A stretch of DNA of 64,000 nucleotides from Candidatus Nanopelagicales bacterium (GCA_009694585.1 SHUQ01000002.1:3947-67946); one strand, 5' to 3'. Positions 1-17,499 are shown, counted from the stretch's first letter. The notes: generated by a model not told the origin, from the sequence alone. Numbers and translations are program-made.

Positions 1-723
1 TCCGCTCAGTGAGGTCAACTTCGCTTCGATTGTGCTGCCGCGCATGCTCGGCCCGACACTTTGCAGGTTGGTGGACGCAAACCCCGGGTGGGCAGCGAGC
101 GCGAGGATCGATAGGTGGGCCTGGTCAATGCGGCGTTGGAGTTCCGCCGTGAACAAGAGATTGGCGAGTTTGCTCTGCCCGTAGGCCCGCCACTGCCGAT
201 AGTGCTTTTCACCCATCAGGTCGTCAAAGTTTATCTGCCCCATGCGATGGGCTTGTGAGGCAACGGTGACGACCCGGGAGTTAGGGACGGCCACTAGGGC
301 GGGCAAGAGCAAACCGGTCAGGACAAAGTGTCCAAGGTGATTGGTGCCAATTTGCATCTCGAAGCCGTCGGCGGTCGCCCGCTTTGGGATTGCCATAATC
401 CCGGCATTATTGATGAGCAGGTCCAGGCCCTGAGAGTTGGCGGCGGACCAGCTTTGGGCGAAGGCGCGCACGCTGGCTAGATCGGCTAGATCCAGCCGGG
501 CGAGTTCAACTTGCGCACCCGGGGCGGTGGCGCGAATCTTGTCGGCGGCCTGGTGACCCTTGTCGAGGTTGCGGACAGCCATGGTGACTTTGGCACCGTG
601 AGCCGCTAGCGCTTTGGAGGTGCAAAACCCCAGACCGGAGTTGGCGCCGGTGACGATGACGGTGCGGCCGGTTAGGTCCGGTAAATCGGAGGTGTTCCAC
701 TTCTGGGCGGCTGTCTGCTTCAT
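1..723 (-). CDS. Short-chain dehydrogenase/reductase (retinol dehydrogenase/WWOX-like), runs off the left edge
   Basis: Manual translation from ATG 723: MKQTAAQKWNTSDLPDLTGRTVIVTGANSGLG...LDLLINNAGIMA...FEMQIGTNHLGHF; TGxxxGxG and NNAG motifs. Confidence 0.9.
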   Translation of the reverse strand, partial: MKQTAAQKWNTSDLPDLTGRTVIVTGANSGLGFCTSKALAAHGAKVTMAVRNLDKGHQAADKIRATAPGAQVELARLDLADLASVRAFAQSWSAANSQGLDLLINNAGIMAIPKRATADGFEMQIGTNHLGHFVLTGLLLPALVAVPNSRVVTVASQAHRMGQINFDDLMGEKHYRQWRAYGQSKLANLLFTAELQRRIDQAHLSILALAAHPGFASTNLQSVGPSMRGSTIEAKLTSLSG

Positions 724-814
724 GCACGAAGTATTGGGGTTCGCGCTAAAACCTGCAGTTTGGGTACCATTTTCGTTCTTGACTGCCTCTCTTGTACGCT
801 TGCGGGGGTTTTGT

Positions 815-887
815 GCCCCAATAGCTCAGACGGCAGAGCGTCTCCATGGTAAGGAGAAGGTCTACGGTTCGATTCCGTATTGGGGCT
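815..887 (+). tRNA. tRNA-Thr(GGT)
   Basis: Cloverleaf: acceptor GCCCCAA/TTGGGGC, anticodon arm TCTCC-ATGGTAA-GGAGA, GGTTCGATTCC T-arm. Confidence 0.95.
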
Positions 888-922
888 CGGTTGGTGCACC
901 CGCCCCCGCGGAGGCACCCCAA

Positions 923-995
923 GGCGGGGTAGCTCAGTTGGTAGAGCAAGCGGCTCATAATCGCTGTGTCGCCGGTTCAAGTCCGGCCTCCGCTA
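923..995 (+). tRNA. tRNA-Met(CAT), elongator type (Ile2 not excluded)
   Basis: GGCGGGGTAGCTCAGTTGGTAGAGC, anticodon arm AGCGG-CTCATAA-TCGCT, GGTTCAAGTCC; usual Thr-Met-rpmG context. Confidence 0.9.
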
Positions 996-1071
996 CTTCG
1001 CAAGAAGAACGACAAGGGTCATGCGACCGCGTGACTGCTAGGCGAGTTGCTCAAAGGGAAGAGGAAGTGCC

Positions 1072-1239
1072 GTGGCCAAGGCCAGCGACGTACGACCAAA
1101 GATCACCATGGCGTGCGAAGATTGCAAAGACCGTAATTACATAACCAAGAAGAACCGCCGCAACGATCCCGATCGCCTTGAGGCGAAGAAGTTCTGCCCG
1201 AAGTGCAATAAGCACACCGTGCACAAAGAGACCCGCTAG
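1072..1239 (+). CDS. rpmG: 50S ribosomal protein L33 (Zn-binding form)
   Basis: Manual translation, 55 aa: [55 protein letters not shown]. Confidence 0.97.
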   Translation: MAKASDVRPKITMACEDCKDRNYITKKNRRNDPDRLEAKKFCPKCNKHTVHKETR

Positions 1240-1256
1240 TTCTGCGTCGCTGACAG

Positions 1257-1709
1257 ATGGCGCTTAACCCGGATTTGATTGGCCGCACCTACCCGCCGAG
1301 TGAGCCTTATCTCGTCGGTCGCGAGAAGATTCGCGAATTTGCACGGTCTATTGGCGATGAAAACCCTGCCTACCACGATGTAGCGGTGGCGCAGGGTCTT
1401 GGTTACGCCGACGTGGTGGCACCCCCGACCTTCGCTTTCACGTTCGTATTCGCTTCCGCTGCAGTGGTAATCCTCGATCCTGATCTGGGTCTTGACTACA
1501 CCAAGGTTGTGCACGGTGAACAATCTTTCGTTTACTCGCGACCGATAGTTGCTGGCGATGAACTCGTGGTCATTAACACGATTGAAAACATTCGTGCCGC
1601 CGCCGGCAATGACATGATCACCGTTAAGAGCGTGGTTAGCACGACTTCGGGCGAGCCCGTTGTTGTCACCACGAAGGTGATTGTCGCTCGCGGGACGGAT
1701 GCCCAATGA
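1257..1709 (+). CDS. MaoC-like/FAS1-like dehydratase subunit (HadA-like)
   Basis: GREKIREFA, APPTF, VHGEQSF motifs; follows rpmG as in other actinobacteria. Confidence 0.88.
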   Translation: MALNPDLIGRTYPPSEPYLVGREKIREFARSIGDENPAYHDVAVAQGLGYADVVAPPTFAFTFVFASAAVVILDPDLGLDYTKVVHGEQSFVYSRPIVAGDELVVINTIENIRAAAGNDMITVKSVVSTTSGEPVVVTTKVIVARGTDAQ

Positions 1710-2134
1710 CCACGAATTTGAAATTTGCGAATGTCGAAGTGGGCACCAAACTGCCCGCTCTGTCGGTTCCGATTCAACGTCTTGACTTGATCAGGTATGC
1801 AGGTGCCTCCGGTGACTTCAACATCATCCATTGGAATGAGCGCTTCGCCACTTCGGTCGGCCTGCCGAATGTGATCGCCCATGGGATGTTCACCATGGCA
1901 TCAGCCATTCGGGTCGTGACCGATTGGGTTGGCGATCCAGGGGCGGTTGTCGAGTATGGAGTCAGATTCACACGAACAGTGCCGGTGCCTGACGATGGTG
2001 TTGGTGTGCTGCTCGAAATCAGCGGTGAAGTAACCGAGTTACTAGCAGCCGGTCGCGTGCGGGTCACTTTGACGGCATCCAGCGCCGGGCAAACGGTGCT
2101 CGGCAAAGCGCAGGCTGTGGTTCAACTCGCGTGA
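1706..2134 (+). CDS. MaoC family dehydratase (HadB-like)
   Basis: Hydratase motif YAGASGDFNIIHWN...IAHGM. Confidence 0.9.
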   Translation: MTTNLKFANVEVGTKLPALSVPIQRLDLIRYAGASGDFNIIHWNERFATSVGLPNVIAHGMFTMASAIRVVTDWVGDPGAVVEYGVRFTRTVPVPDDGVGVLLEISGEVTELLAAGRVRVTLTASSAGQTVLGKAQAVVQLA

Positions 2135-3069
2135 GCGCAGCCCCGAGCGAGATCATCGACCTCGCCGAGCGCCGGCAAGCCGCTCGTGTGGCGCGTGACT
2201 TTGAGCTCGCGGATCAACTGCGCGACCAGATTGCAACGGCGGGCTGGATACTGGCCGACACCGCTGATGGATTTCAACTTTCGGTGAAGCCGCCATTCAA
2301 AGTTCATGCGACCCTCGCTGATGCGCTAATGGACACCGCACCGGTGGGTGAAGTCGGTTGCGGTATCGGGGTGATCGTTGACGGCTGGCCAGCTGATGTG
2401 CGCACTTGCTTGACCGCCCTGTTGGCATTTGCGCCCAAAGAGGTAGCGGTCATCGCACTTGATCTGGGAAATGTTGACGGCTCCGGCCTAGTTGCACATG
2501 AGATCTCCCAATTGCACCCGGATCGCCTGCGTGTTATCCATGTGGCCCAAGTCTTGGAGCAGGTGGGTTGGGGTAGAGCAACGGGTGCGCTCATTGAGTT
2601 GGATCCCGCCGCCGCTCACGTCGTTATGGACATGTCTTCAGTTTTGACCGGTGATGCGATAACACCCTTATTAGCCGCGTTGCAGGAGCCAGGTGTCGTC
2701 GCCGCGGGCTGGAAAGGCACCAATGTTGATGTCAGTGACTGGAGATCGGTCGTTGACGCAGGGCCCGGCGAGGTCGATGTGCTCTTGGGTTACTTGATGG
2801 TCGTTGATAGAACAGCAGCGCTAGCGACACCGCCAAATCCAAAGGCGAAGTTCTACCGAAACGGCGATCTTGAATGGTCATTGCTGCTGCGGGCTGCCGG
2901 CGGGCAACTGGTGGTGCCGACCGATGACCTCCCGGTCGAGCAAGGCCGGCACCATGGGTATCACGACTCAGATCCAGACCTTCGCGAACGGGAGTCGAAG
3001 AAGAACTACGAACGACTCCTCAAGCAATTTCGCGGACGTGCCGACATACTCGCGCCAAAGTCCTCATAG
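2131..3069 (+). CDS. Glycosyltransferase family 2-like protein with N-terminal CysRS C-terminal-like helical domain
   Basis: N-term ERRQAARVARDFELADQLRDQIATAGWILADTADG; remainder GT-A-like (IALDLGN, GWGRA, FYRNGDLEWS). Confidence 0.6.
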   Translation: MSAAPSEIIDLAERRQAARVARDFELADQLRDQIATAGWILADTADGFQLSVKPPFKVHATLADALMDTAPVGEVGCGIGVIVDGWPADVRTCLTALLAFAPKEVAVIALDLGNVDGSGLVAHEISQLHPDRLRVIHVAQVLEQVGWGRATGALIELDPAAAHVVMDMSSVLTGDAITPLLAALQEPGVVAAGWKGTNVDVSDWRSVVDAGPGEVDVLLGYLMVVDRTAALATPPNPKAKFYRNGDLEWSLLLRAAGGQLVVPTDDLPVEQGRHHGYHDSDPDLRERESKKNYERLLKQFRGRADILAPKSS

Positions 3070-3079
3070 GCTGGCGACC

Positions 3080-4108
3080 ATGCGTCTAGCAGACCTAACC
3101 ACGATGGGTGTTGGTGGTACGCCCGATGTGCTGCGCACGTGTATCGCGACCAATGAGTTAATCGAACGTGTACGAAAGTTGGACGATGCCCGCGAAGCTG
3201 TTCTCATCCTCGGGGGCGGCAGTAACATCTTGATGGGCGATGGTCCGTTTCATGGCACTGTTCTACAGGTGGCAACGCGCGGAATTGAGGTTGAAGTCGG
3301 CGATGCCGACGTACGACTGACCGTGGCGGCCGGCGAACCTTGGGATGACCTGGTTGAACTCTGTGTCGTCAATGGTTGGTCGGGTATTGAAGCCCTTTCG
3401 GGTATCCCGGGGCTCGTCGGTGCAACGCCAATTCAAAATGTCGGTGCTTACGGTCAAGAGATTTCGCAGGTGATTGAATCCGTTAGGGTGCTGGATCGCG
3501 TTAATGGGTCAGTCGAAGTTTTCGACAATGCTGATTGCCTTTTTGAATATCGATCCAGCATCTTTAAGCGTCAACCAAATCGCTGGCTAATTGTCGCGGT
3601 CACGCTCGTGCTGAGTAAGGATGCTAAGTGCGGTGTTCGTTACGCCGAGCTAGCTACCGCACTGGGTATCGACATTGACGGGTTGGCTACTCCGGTCGAA
3701 GTTAGGTCTGCGGTGCTGGGGCTAAGAGCAGCAAAAGGCATGGTACTTAATGCTCATGATGAAGATAGCCGTAGTGCCGGGTCTTTCTTCACCAATCCGA
3801 TTGTCAGCGACGAAATTGCCGCACGAATTCCGGGGGCTTGCCCTAGGTATCCGGCCGCAACCGGCGTGAAATTAAGTGCAGCGTGGTTGATTGAGCAAGC
3901 CGGCGTTACTAAAGGCTGGCGCCTTACCGAAAGTTCACCGGTTCGGGTTTCCAATAAACACACGTTGGCCATCGTTGCTGCGCGTGGTGCAACATCAGCG
4001 GAGGTAATCCATCTAGCGTCACATATTCAACAGTTAGTAATGACAAAGTATGGAATCAAGTTGGAGCCTGAACCCACTTTGGTCAACTGCACCGTCGGCA
4101 CCGCTTAA
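3080..4108 (+). CDS. murB: UDP-N-acetylenolpyruvoylglucosamine reductase
   Basis: GGGSN, GIPGLVGATPIQNVGAYG, FEYRSS, SAGSFFTNP, LEPEP; start placed at MRLADLTT. Confidence 0.95.
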   Translation: MRLADLTTMGVGGTPDVLRTCIATNELIERVRKLDDAREAVLILGGGSNILMGDGPFHGTVLQVATRGIEVEVGDADVRLTVAAGEPWDDLVELCVVNGWSGIEALSGIPGLVGATPIQNVGAYGQEISQVIESVRVLDRVNGSVEVFDNADCLFEYRSSIFKRQPNRWLIVAVTLVLSKDAKCGVRYAELATALGIDIDGLATPVEVRSAVLGLRAAKGMVLNAHDEDSRSAGSFFTNPIVSDEIAARIPGACPRYPAATGVKLSAAWLIEQAGVTKGWRLTESSPVRVSNKHTLAIVAARGATSAEVIHLASHIQQLVMTKYGIKLEPEPTLVNCTVGTA

Positions 4109-4113
4109 GTTTG

Positions 4114-5328
4114 TTACTGGGCCTCGCCGAGCAGTGCCGCCATGCGGTTGACTCCTTCGACGATGTCATCGTCACCAAGTGCGTACGACAGGCGTAAATA
4201 GCCCGGGGTGCCGAAAGCTTCACCTGGCACCACTGCAACTTCGGCTTCGTCCAAGATGACACCGGCGAGAGCGGCAGACGAACTAATCTCGGTGCCGCGA
4301 ATCGTTTTGCCGATCAAGCCCTTGACCGATGGGTAGACGTAGAAAGCGCCCTCGGGCAATGGGCAAGTGACACCTGGTATGGCATCGAGCAGGCCGGTGA
4401 TCAACTTGCGGCGGCGATCAAAGGCAAGTTTCATCTCATCGACCGCGGCAAGGTCGCCGGAGATCGCGGCGAGGGCGGCCACCTGCGAGATGTTCGCGAC
4501 ATTTGAAGTTGAGTGTGATTGGAGGTTGGTCGCAGCCTTGATGACATCAAGTGGCCCGATCATCCAGCCCACGCGCCAGCCGGTCATCGCGTAGGTTTTT
4601 GCCACCCCATTGACGATTACGCAGGTATCGGCCAGGCCGGGCACGAGTACCGGAATTGATGAGAATTCGGCGTCTCCATAAACCAGGTGCTCGTAGATCT
4701 CATCGGTGACCACCCAAATGCTATTGGCTAGTGCCCATTCGCCGATGGCCTTGACTTCGGCGGGGGAGTACACCGCACCGGTTGGGTTAGAGGGCGAGAC
4801 GAAGACCAAAACCTTGGTTCGCGGGGTACGGGCGGCCTCAAGCTGGGCGACGGTGGCCCGGTACCCGCTGGTCTCGTCGGTCATGATTTCAACAGGTACC
4901 CCGCCGGCCAGCCGGATAGCTTCTGGGTAGGTGGTCCAGTAGGGGGCGGGCAAGATCGCTTCGTCACCTGGGTCAAGGAGAGCCGCAAAAGTGTTGTAGA
5001 GAGCCTGCTTGCCACCATTGGTGACAAGTACCTGGGCCGCGGTCACCGCGTAGCCTGAATCGCGCCGGGTTTTAGCAGCGATCGCCTCTTTCAACTCCGG
5101 CAGCCCACCGGCCGGGGTGTAGCGGTGCCACTTGGGCAAGCTGGCTGCGGCGATCGCAGCCTCGACGATGTAGGCGGGGGTCGGAAAGTCGGGTTCACCT
5201 GCCCCAAAACCAATAACCGGCCGGCCGGCCGCCTTTAGGGCTTTGGCTTTGGCATCGACGGCCAAAGTCGCCGACTCGGTGATTGCGGCGATCCGGCGGG
5301 ATACTCGGGGGACAGGTGGCGGGGTCAT
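4114..5328 (-). CDS. Aspartate aminotransferase (PLP class I/II)
   Basis: [33 protein letters not shown]. Confidence 0.93.
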   Translation of the reverse strand: MTPPPVPRVSRRIAAITESATLAVDAKAKALKAAGRPVIGFGAGEPDFPTPAYIVEAAIAAASLPKWHRYTPAGGLPELKEAIAAKTRRDSGYAVTAAQVLVTNGGKQALYNTFAALLDPGDEAILPAPYWTTYPEAIRLAGGVPVEIMTDETSGYRATVAQLEAARTPRTKVLVFVSPSNPTGAVYSPAEVKAIGEWALANSIWVVTDEIYEHLVYGDAEFSSIPVLVPGLADTCVIVNGVAKTYAMTGWRVGWMIGPLDVIKAATNLQSHSTSNVANISQVAALAAISGDLAAVDEMKLAFDRRRKLITGLLDAIPGVTCPLPEGAFYVYPSVKGLIGKTIRGTEISSSAALAGVILDEAEVAVVPGEAFGTPGYLRLSYALGDDDIVEGVNRMAALLGEAQ

Positions 5329-5417
5329 GGGGTCAGTATTTCAGGCGGCCGATACTGGGTTCGCGTCGGTGCAGATCTAGGCGATCAGCGGGTTTTGCGG
5401 GTGCTACTGGGCCGGAT

Positions 5418-5446
5418 TGGACCCCTCCGCCGGTGGGCCCGTAGAC
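5418..5446 (+). promoter_or_regulatory. Putative housekeeping-sigma promoter for tRNA-Trp/secE/nusG
   Basis: TGGACC (-35-like) and TAGACT (-10-like) hexamers. Confidence 0.5.
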
Positions 5447-5507
5447 TCTCGGACGCGGTTGGTCCGTTGGCGTCAGCCTGCCCACAGGGTGACACTCGGT
5501 CGGCCAA

Positions 5508-5580
5508 AGGGTCGTAGCTCAATTGGTAGAGCACCGGTCTCCAACACCGACGGTTGGGGGTTCAAGTCCCTCCGGCCCTG
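5508..5580 (+). tRNA. tRNA-Trp(CCA)
   Basis: AGGGTCG acceptor, anticodon loop CTCCAAC, GGTTCAAGTCC; directly upstream of secE. Confidence 0.93.
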
Positions 5581-5654
5581 CGCAGATGCACGAGCAGCTT
5601 AACCGCACGAAAAGCACGGCCGAGATAACTCATACGACGATACGAAGGCGAGTA

Positions 5655-5903
5655 ATGACCGACACCGACGTCTCCCAAGGCCGCGAAAGCGGATCGGGTG
5701 ACCGTAAGCGCCCCGGGTTCTTTGGGCGCTTAGCGTTGTTCGTTCGCCAAGTCATCGTTGAGCTTCGCAAAGTAATTTGGCCCACTCGCAAGGAACTTAT
5801 TGCCTACACCACTGTTGTGATCGTGTTTGTTGTACTCATAGCCGCGATCATCGCGGGCTTTGATTACGTATTCACTAAAGGTGTCTTGTTCGTCTTTGGA
5901 TAA
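5655..5903 (+). CDS. secE: Preprotein translocase subunit SecE
   Basis: ELRKVIWPTRKE followed by one TM helix. Confidence 0.95.
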   Translation: MTDTDVSQGRESGSGDRKRPGFFGRLALFVRQVIVELRKVIWPTRKELIAYTTVVIVFVVLIAAIIAGFDYVFTKGVLFVFG

Positions 5904-5943
5904 TCAAGAACTTTCCGACCACCGAACGAGGAGATAGCCCACC

Positions 5944-6837
5944 GTGTCCGAGCAGGACCAGCAACAGCCCGCACCTTCGGCGGATCCATTCGCGATAGCT
6001 CAGCCCGAGTCTGCGGACTTCGCGGTAGCAGACGCGGACGCGCTCCTTGCTGAATTGCTGGCAGGTGAAGCCATTGTCGAGGAGCTCGCCGAGGAAGCCA
6101 TTGTCGAGGAGCTCGCCGAGGAAGCCATTGTCGAGGAGCTCGCCGAAGCGATCGTAGAAGAAATTCTTGTAGAAGAAGTTCTAGCGGAAGCCGCCTTGCT
6201 TGAGGAAGGGCTAGCCGAAGAGGACGAAGTCGACCCGATCGCGGAGTTCCGGGAGCAGATGCGCTTAGCACCGGGCGACTGGTACGTAATTCACTCTTAT
6301 GCCGGATTTGAAAACAAGGTCAAGATGAACCTTGAATCGCGCATCAACTCACTGAGCATGGAGGACTACATCTTCCAGGTCGAGGTGCCGATGGAAGAAG
6401 TCACCGAGATTAAGAGTGGTGTGCGCAAGCAGGTGCGCCGCAATAAGTTCCCCGGATATGTGCTCGTGCGTCTTGACCTAACCGATGAGTCTTGGGGCGT
6501 TGTTCGACATACGCCAGGTGTCACCGGTTTCGTGGGCCATGGCCATCAGCCGTCGCCACTTTCGGTTGACGAGGTCACCGCGATCTTGGCCCCAGTGCCG
6601 GAGAAGAAGGCTGGAGTGCCGGGAAGCCAGAACGCGGGAGGGGTGGCTGCGGCCGAGGCAATTTACGTTGACTTCTTGGTCGGCGATTCGGTCACGGTTG
6701 TCGATGGGCCCTTCGCAACTTTGCACGCGACAATTTCCGAAATCAATATCGAAGGGCAAAAAGTCACCGGTTTGGTCGAGATATTCGGTCGCGAAACCCC
6801 GGTTGAACTCGCTTTCAGTCAGATCGACAAGAACTAA
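5944..6837 (+). CDS. nusG: Transcription termination/antitermination protein NusG with long acidic N-terminal extension
   Basis: [32 protein letters not shown]. Confidence 0.97.
   Translation: MSEQDQQQPAPSADPFAIAQPESADFAVADADALLAELLAGEAIVEELAEEAIVEELAEEAIVEELAEAIVEEILVEEVLAEAALLEEGLAEEDEVDPIAEFREQMRLAPGDWYVIHSYAGFENKVKMNLESRINSLSMEDYIFQVEVPMEEVTEIKSGVRKQVRRNKFPGYVLVRLDLTDESWGVVRHTPGVTGFVGHGHQPSPLSVDEVTAILAPVPEKKAGVPGSQNAGGVAAAEAIYVDFLVGDSVTVVDGPFATLHATISEINIEGQKVTGLVEIFGRETPVELAFSQIDKN
6067..6147 (+). repeat. Three tandem 27-bp repeats in nusG (EAIVEELAE)
   Basis: GAAGCCATTGTCGAGGAGCTCGCCGAR x3. Confidence 0.95.
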
Positions 6838-6895
6838 CCGCTAACTCCCCGGGGGCGCCGTCTCCGGGTCACCACAACGAAGGACCTGACACACC

Positions 6896-7330
6896 ATGGC
6901 ACCGAAGAAAAAGAAGGTCACCGGCCTGATCAAGCTGCAGATTCAAGCTGGTCTGGCAAACCCGGCTCCGCCCGTTGGCCCAGCACTAGGTCAGCACGGC
7001 GTTAACATCATGGAGTTCTGCAGGGCCTATAACGCGGCCACGGAGAACCAGCGCGGCAATGTGATTCCCGTTGAGATCACGGTCTACGAAGACCGTTCAT
7101 TTGATTTCACCCTCAAGACGCCACCGGCTTCAAGGTTGATCCTTAAGGCCGCCGGTCTCGAAAAGGGATCGGGTAATCCGCCAAAGGTTAACGCCGGCTC
7201 GATCACCAAGAACCAGGTGCGCGAGATTGCCGAAACCAAGATGCCTGATCTCAATGCCAATGACGTCGATGCCGCGATGAAGATCATCGAAGGCACCGCC
7301 CGCCAGATGGGTATTACTGTCACGGCATAG
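6896..7330 (+). CDS. rplK: 50S ribosomal protein L11
   Basis: [22 protein letters not shown]. Confidence 0.98.
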   Translation: MAPKKKKVTGLIKLQIQAGLANPAPPVGPALGQHGVNIMEFCRAYNAATENQRGNVIPVEITVYEDRSFDFTLKTPPASRLILKAAGLEKGSGNPPKVNAGSITKNQVREIAETKMPDLNANDVDAAMKIIEGTARQMGITVTA

Positions 7331-7342
7331 CAAATGAACCGA

Positions 7343-7372
7343 GTGGGAGGGCCAGCGTGGCCCGCCGACCAC
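7343..7372 (+). promoter_or_regulatory. Putative L1 autoregulatory site in rplK-rplA spacer
   Basis: GTGGGAGGGCCA...TGGCCCGCCGACCAC hairpin with internal loop directly before rplA. Confidence 0.55.
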
Positions 7373-7391
7373 AACCTGCGAAGGAGCAGCG

Positions 7392-8105
7392 ATGAAGCGC
7401 AGTAAGGCATATTTGAAGGCCGAAGAACTTATTGATCAAGAAGCCCTATATTCGCCACTTTCGGCCGTCCGAATCGTCAAGAAGGGCATCTCAACCAAGT
7501 TTGATCCGACCGTTGAGGTCGCAATGCGACTTGGTGTTGATCCCCGCAAGGCCGATCAAATGGTGCGAGGCACCGTCAATCTTCCACACGGCACCGGCAA
7601 GACCGCCCGAGTCCTGGTTTTTGCCAACGGGGAAAAAGCCGATGAGGCCCGCGCTGCCGGTGCTGACTTTGTTGGCTCCGATGAGCTGATCGCCAAGGTT
7701 GCAGGTGGCTGGACGGATTTCGACGCTGCGGTAGCTACCCCAGATCTCATGGGCAAGGTCGGCACGCTAGGCAAGGTGCTCGGCCCCCGCGGCTTGATGC
7801 CCAATCCAAAGACCGGCACCGTCACGATGGATGTCGCCAAAGCGGTTGATGACATCAAGGGTGGCAAGATCGAGATGCGGATTGATAAGCATGCGAATAT
7901 GCAGTTCCCCATCGGTAAAGCTTCTTTCACCGAGCAACAGTTGGTTGAGAACTACGCGGCAGCTCTGGACGAGGTACTGCGGTTGAAGCCACCGTCGGCC
8001 AAGGGTCGCTACGTCAAGAAGGCCACGATTTCGGCCACGATGGGCCCAGGGGTGCCGGTTGACCCAAACCGGGTCAAGAACTTAACCGCCGAGGATGAAA
8101 TCTAG
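7392..8105 (+). CDS. rplA: 50S ribosomal protein L1
   Basis: [39 protein letters not shown]. Confidence 0.98.
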   Translation: MKRSKAYLKAEELIDQEALYSPLSAVRIVKKGISTKFDPTVEVAMRLGVDPRKADQMVRGTVNLPHGTGKTARVLVFANGEKADEARAAGADFVGSDELIAKVAGGWTDFDAAVATPDLMGKVGTLGKVLGPRGLMPNPKTGTVTMDVAKAVDDIKGGKIEMRIDKHANMQFPIGKASFTEQQLVENYAAALDEVLRLKPPSAKGRYVKKATISATMGPGVPVDPNRVKNLTAEDEI

Positions 8106-8108
8106 GAT

Positions 8109-8138
8109 TTGCCAAAGATGGGACAGGCCCTCTAGCCT
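8109..8138 (+). promoter_or_regulatory. Putative rplJ promoter
   Basis: TTGCCA-N18-TAGCCT. Confidence 0.55.
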
Positions 8139-8143
8139 GCCCC

Positions 8144-8230
8144 TACCAAAGACCGCTGGTCGCGCCAGCCCCGGAACCCCTGGGATGGCGTCGAAGGCCC
8201 CGCTCAAGCGGGCGGCCCGCGCAGGATAAC
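8144..8230 (+). ncRNA. L10 leader (rplJ autoregulatory element)
   Basis: AAGACCGCTGGTCG...GAAGG...CCCGCGCAGG pattern upstream of rplJ. Confidence 0.65.
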
Positions 8231-8316
8231 GAAGCTAGGCCGCAAATTGCGGTTCCCAGCCCCGTGCGCCTGCGCCGGGGCGTTCTGCTTGTTGGGACCG
8301 CAACGAAAGGAGCCCC

Positions 8317-9015
8317 ATGGCCCGGCCGACAAAGGTGACGACTGTCGCCGATCTCGCCGACCACTTCCGCACCTCCAGTGCGACTGTGCTCACTGAATAT
8401 CGCGGACTCACCGTCGCGCAACTCAAAGAACTGCGACGCTCACTCGGTGACACTGTGACCTACGCAGTAGTGAAGAACACCCTGACCAAGATTGCTGCCA
8501 AAGATGCCGGTGTTACCGGTATCGATGGTCTCTTGCATGGCCCGAGCGCTATTGCCTTCATCAAGGGCGATGCTGTTGACGCGGCCAAGGGGATTCGAAA
8601 TTTTGCAAAAGCCAACCCGGCACTTGTGATCAAGGGCGGGGTGATGGATGGCGTACTTCTAAGTGCGCAAGAAATCGCTCGGCTCGCCGATCTTGAGTCC
8701 CGCGAGGTATTGCTGGCCAAGATGGCATACGCCATGAAGGCCAAGCAGTCGCAGGCTGCAGCATTGTTCTCGGCGCCCCTGTCTAAGGCGGCTAGGGCAC
8801 TTGGGGCACTTCAGGCCAAGCTGGCCGCTGCCGCACCGGTTGCTGCCGCACCGGTTGCTGACGCACCGGTTGCTGACGCACCGGTTGCTGACGCACCGGT
8901 TGCTGACGCACCGGTTGCTGACGCACCGGTTGCTGAAGAAGAAGTGACCGAAGAAGTTGTTGTTGCCAAAGAAGTTGTTGCTGAAGTAGTTACTGAGGAA
9001 ATCCCCGAGGGCTAA
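8317..9015 (+). CDS. rplJ: 50S ribosomal protein L10 with repetitive C-terminal tail
   Basis: [22 protein letters not shown]. Confidence 0.97.
   Translation: MARPTKVTTVADLADHFRTSSATVLTEYRGLTVAQLKELRRSLGDTVTYAVVKNTLTKIAAKDAGVTGIDGLLHGPSAIAFIKGDAVDAAKGIRNFAKANPALVIKGGVMDGVLLSAQEIARLADLESREVLLAKMAYAMKAKQSQAAALFSAPLSKAARALGALQAKLAAAAPVAAAPVADAPVADAPVADAPVADAPVADAPVAEEEVTEEVVVAKEVVAEVVTEEIPEG
8833..8937 (+). repeat. Seven tandem 15-bp repeats in rplJ (APVAD)
   Basis: GCACCGGTTGCTGAC unit x7, first and last copies variant. Confidence 0.95.
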
Positions 9016-9076
9016 AGCCCACCACCACCCGGCCCTTCGGGGTAATACCCCACCGGAAAACCGAAAGGACGCCACC

Positions 9077-9475
9077 ATGGCGAAGATGAGCACAGATCAA
9101 CTGCTTGATGCATTCAAGGAGATGACCCTCCTCGAACTCTCTGAGTTCGTGAAGGTCTTTGAAGGTACCTTCGACGTAACTGCGGCAGCACCTGTTGCTC
9201 TTGCGGTCGCAGCACCTGTTGGCGCTGGCGGCGCTGGCGGCGACGCCGGCGGTTCCGCTGACCAAGATGAGTTCGATGTCATCCTCGAAGTTGCGGGCGA
9301 GAACAAGATTCCCGTCATCAAGGAGGTGCGTGCTCTCACCAACCTCGGGCTCAAGGAGGCCAAGGATCTGGTTGAGGCTGCACCCAAGGCCGTGCTGGAG
9401 AAGGTCAACAAGGCGGCAGCTGAGAAGGCAAAGGCCGTTCTTGAGGCTGCCGGCGCCACCGTTTCAGTCAAGTAG
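9077..9475 (+). CDS. rplL: 50S ribosomal protein L7/L12
   Basis: [18 protein letters not shown]. Confidence 0.98.
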   Translation: MAKMSTDQLLDAFKEMTLLELSEFVKVFEGTFDVTAAAPVALAVAAPVGAGGAGGDAGGSADQDEFDVILEVAGENKIPVIKEVRALTNLGLKEAKDLVEAAPKAVLEKVNKAAAEKAKAVLEAAGATVSVK

Positions 9476-9496
9476 TTTTTAGCGGCCTAGGCAGCG

Positions 9497-9534
9497 AGCG
9501 AAAGAGACTTCCCTTCGGGGGCGCCTCTTTCGCT
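9497..9534 (+). terminator. Hairpin after rplL (likely terminator/attenuator)
   Basis: AGCGAAAGAG...CTCTTTCGCT inverted repeat. Confidence 0.6.
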
Positions 9535-9775
9535 GTCCGGAGGGTCTTGCAAAATCGGACAAAACGGGTGCCTAGGTTGCGGTCTGGTCACAGTACGCGG
9601 GCGGCCCCTTGACTCTTGGGCTCTGGGCAGTCACGATTTGAACGCACGCAAATCCCGTTCAGAGCTCGTTTCACGATGACGTAATCAAGGTTAGTCCGGC
9701 TAAGGGTTAAGAAGTCACCGCTGTCGCCGCCGGGCCACCTGATTACCTTGAGGGGAAACGAAGATCTAGGGGGGT

Positions 9776-9804
9776 TAGACAGCGGTTTGCCCAAGGGGTA
9801 TACT
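9776..9804 (+). promoter_or_regulatory. Putative rpoB promoter
   Basis: TAGACA-N17-TATACT. Confidence 0.65.
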
Positions 9805-9933
9805 GCCGCTCTGCGCTGCCATCCTTTCGACCCAATGCCTGAACCGTCATTTGACAGTTCGGGCTGGCTGTCATGGACCAAGGCGCAAGTTCCAGCCCAA
9901 TACCAATAGCAGCGCCCTCGGAAGGATCTACTC

Positions 9934-13401
<3,468 letters not shown>

Positions 13402-13452
13402 ACCCGCTAAGGCATTTCCAAACTCAGTTTTAACCGAACGAAGGACACAAAA

Positions 13453-17328
<3,876 letters not shown>

Positions 17329-17346
17329 GTTCGACCGATAAGGCAC

Positions 17347-17389
17347 AAAAGTGGGGCGGCTATGAAAATTGCCGCCCCACTTCTTTTTC
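17347..17389 (+). terminator. Intrinsic, probably bidirectional terminator after rpoC
   Basis: AAAAGTGGGGCGGC-loop-GCCGCCCCACTTCTTTTT. Confidence 0.9.
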
Positions 17390-17397
17390 ATGTGAAT

Positions 17398-17499
17398 TCA
17401 TTTTGTGCTATTCGTTGAGTGGTGATTGGTATGACTTGTCGGAACGGCGGCGAGTAAGTTTCGGAAGAAGACCTCGTCTTCCAAAATGGCAATCCGCAT
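17398..17499 (-). pseudogene. 33-codon ORF resembling a truncated response-regulator receiver N-terminus
   Basis: MRIAILEDEVFFRNLLAAVPTSHTNHHSTNSTK*, preceded by GGGGG; beta1-ED-alpha1 pattern. Confidence 0.4.

Noticed and set aside
614-1144. 176-aa plus-strand ORF
   Set aside because: Overlaps the SDR gene, two tRNAs and rpmG; spurious.
6067-8937. Tandem repeats in nusG and rplJ as CRISPR arrays
   Set aside because: They are in-frame coding repeats with no spacers, and no cas genes are present.
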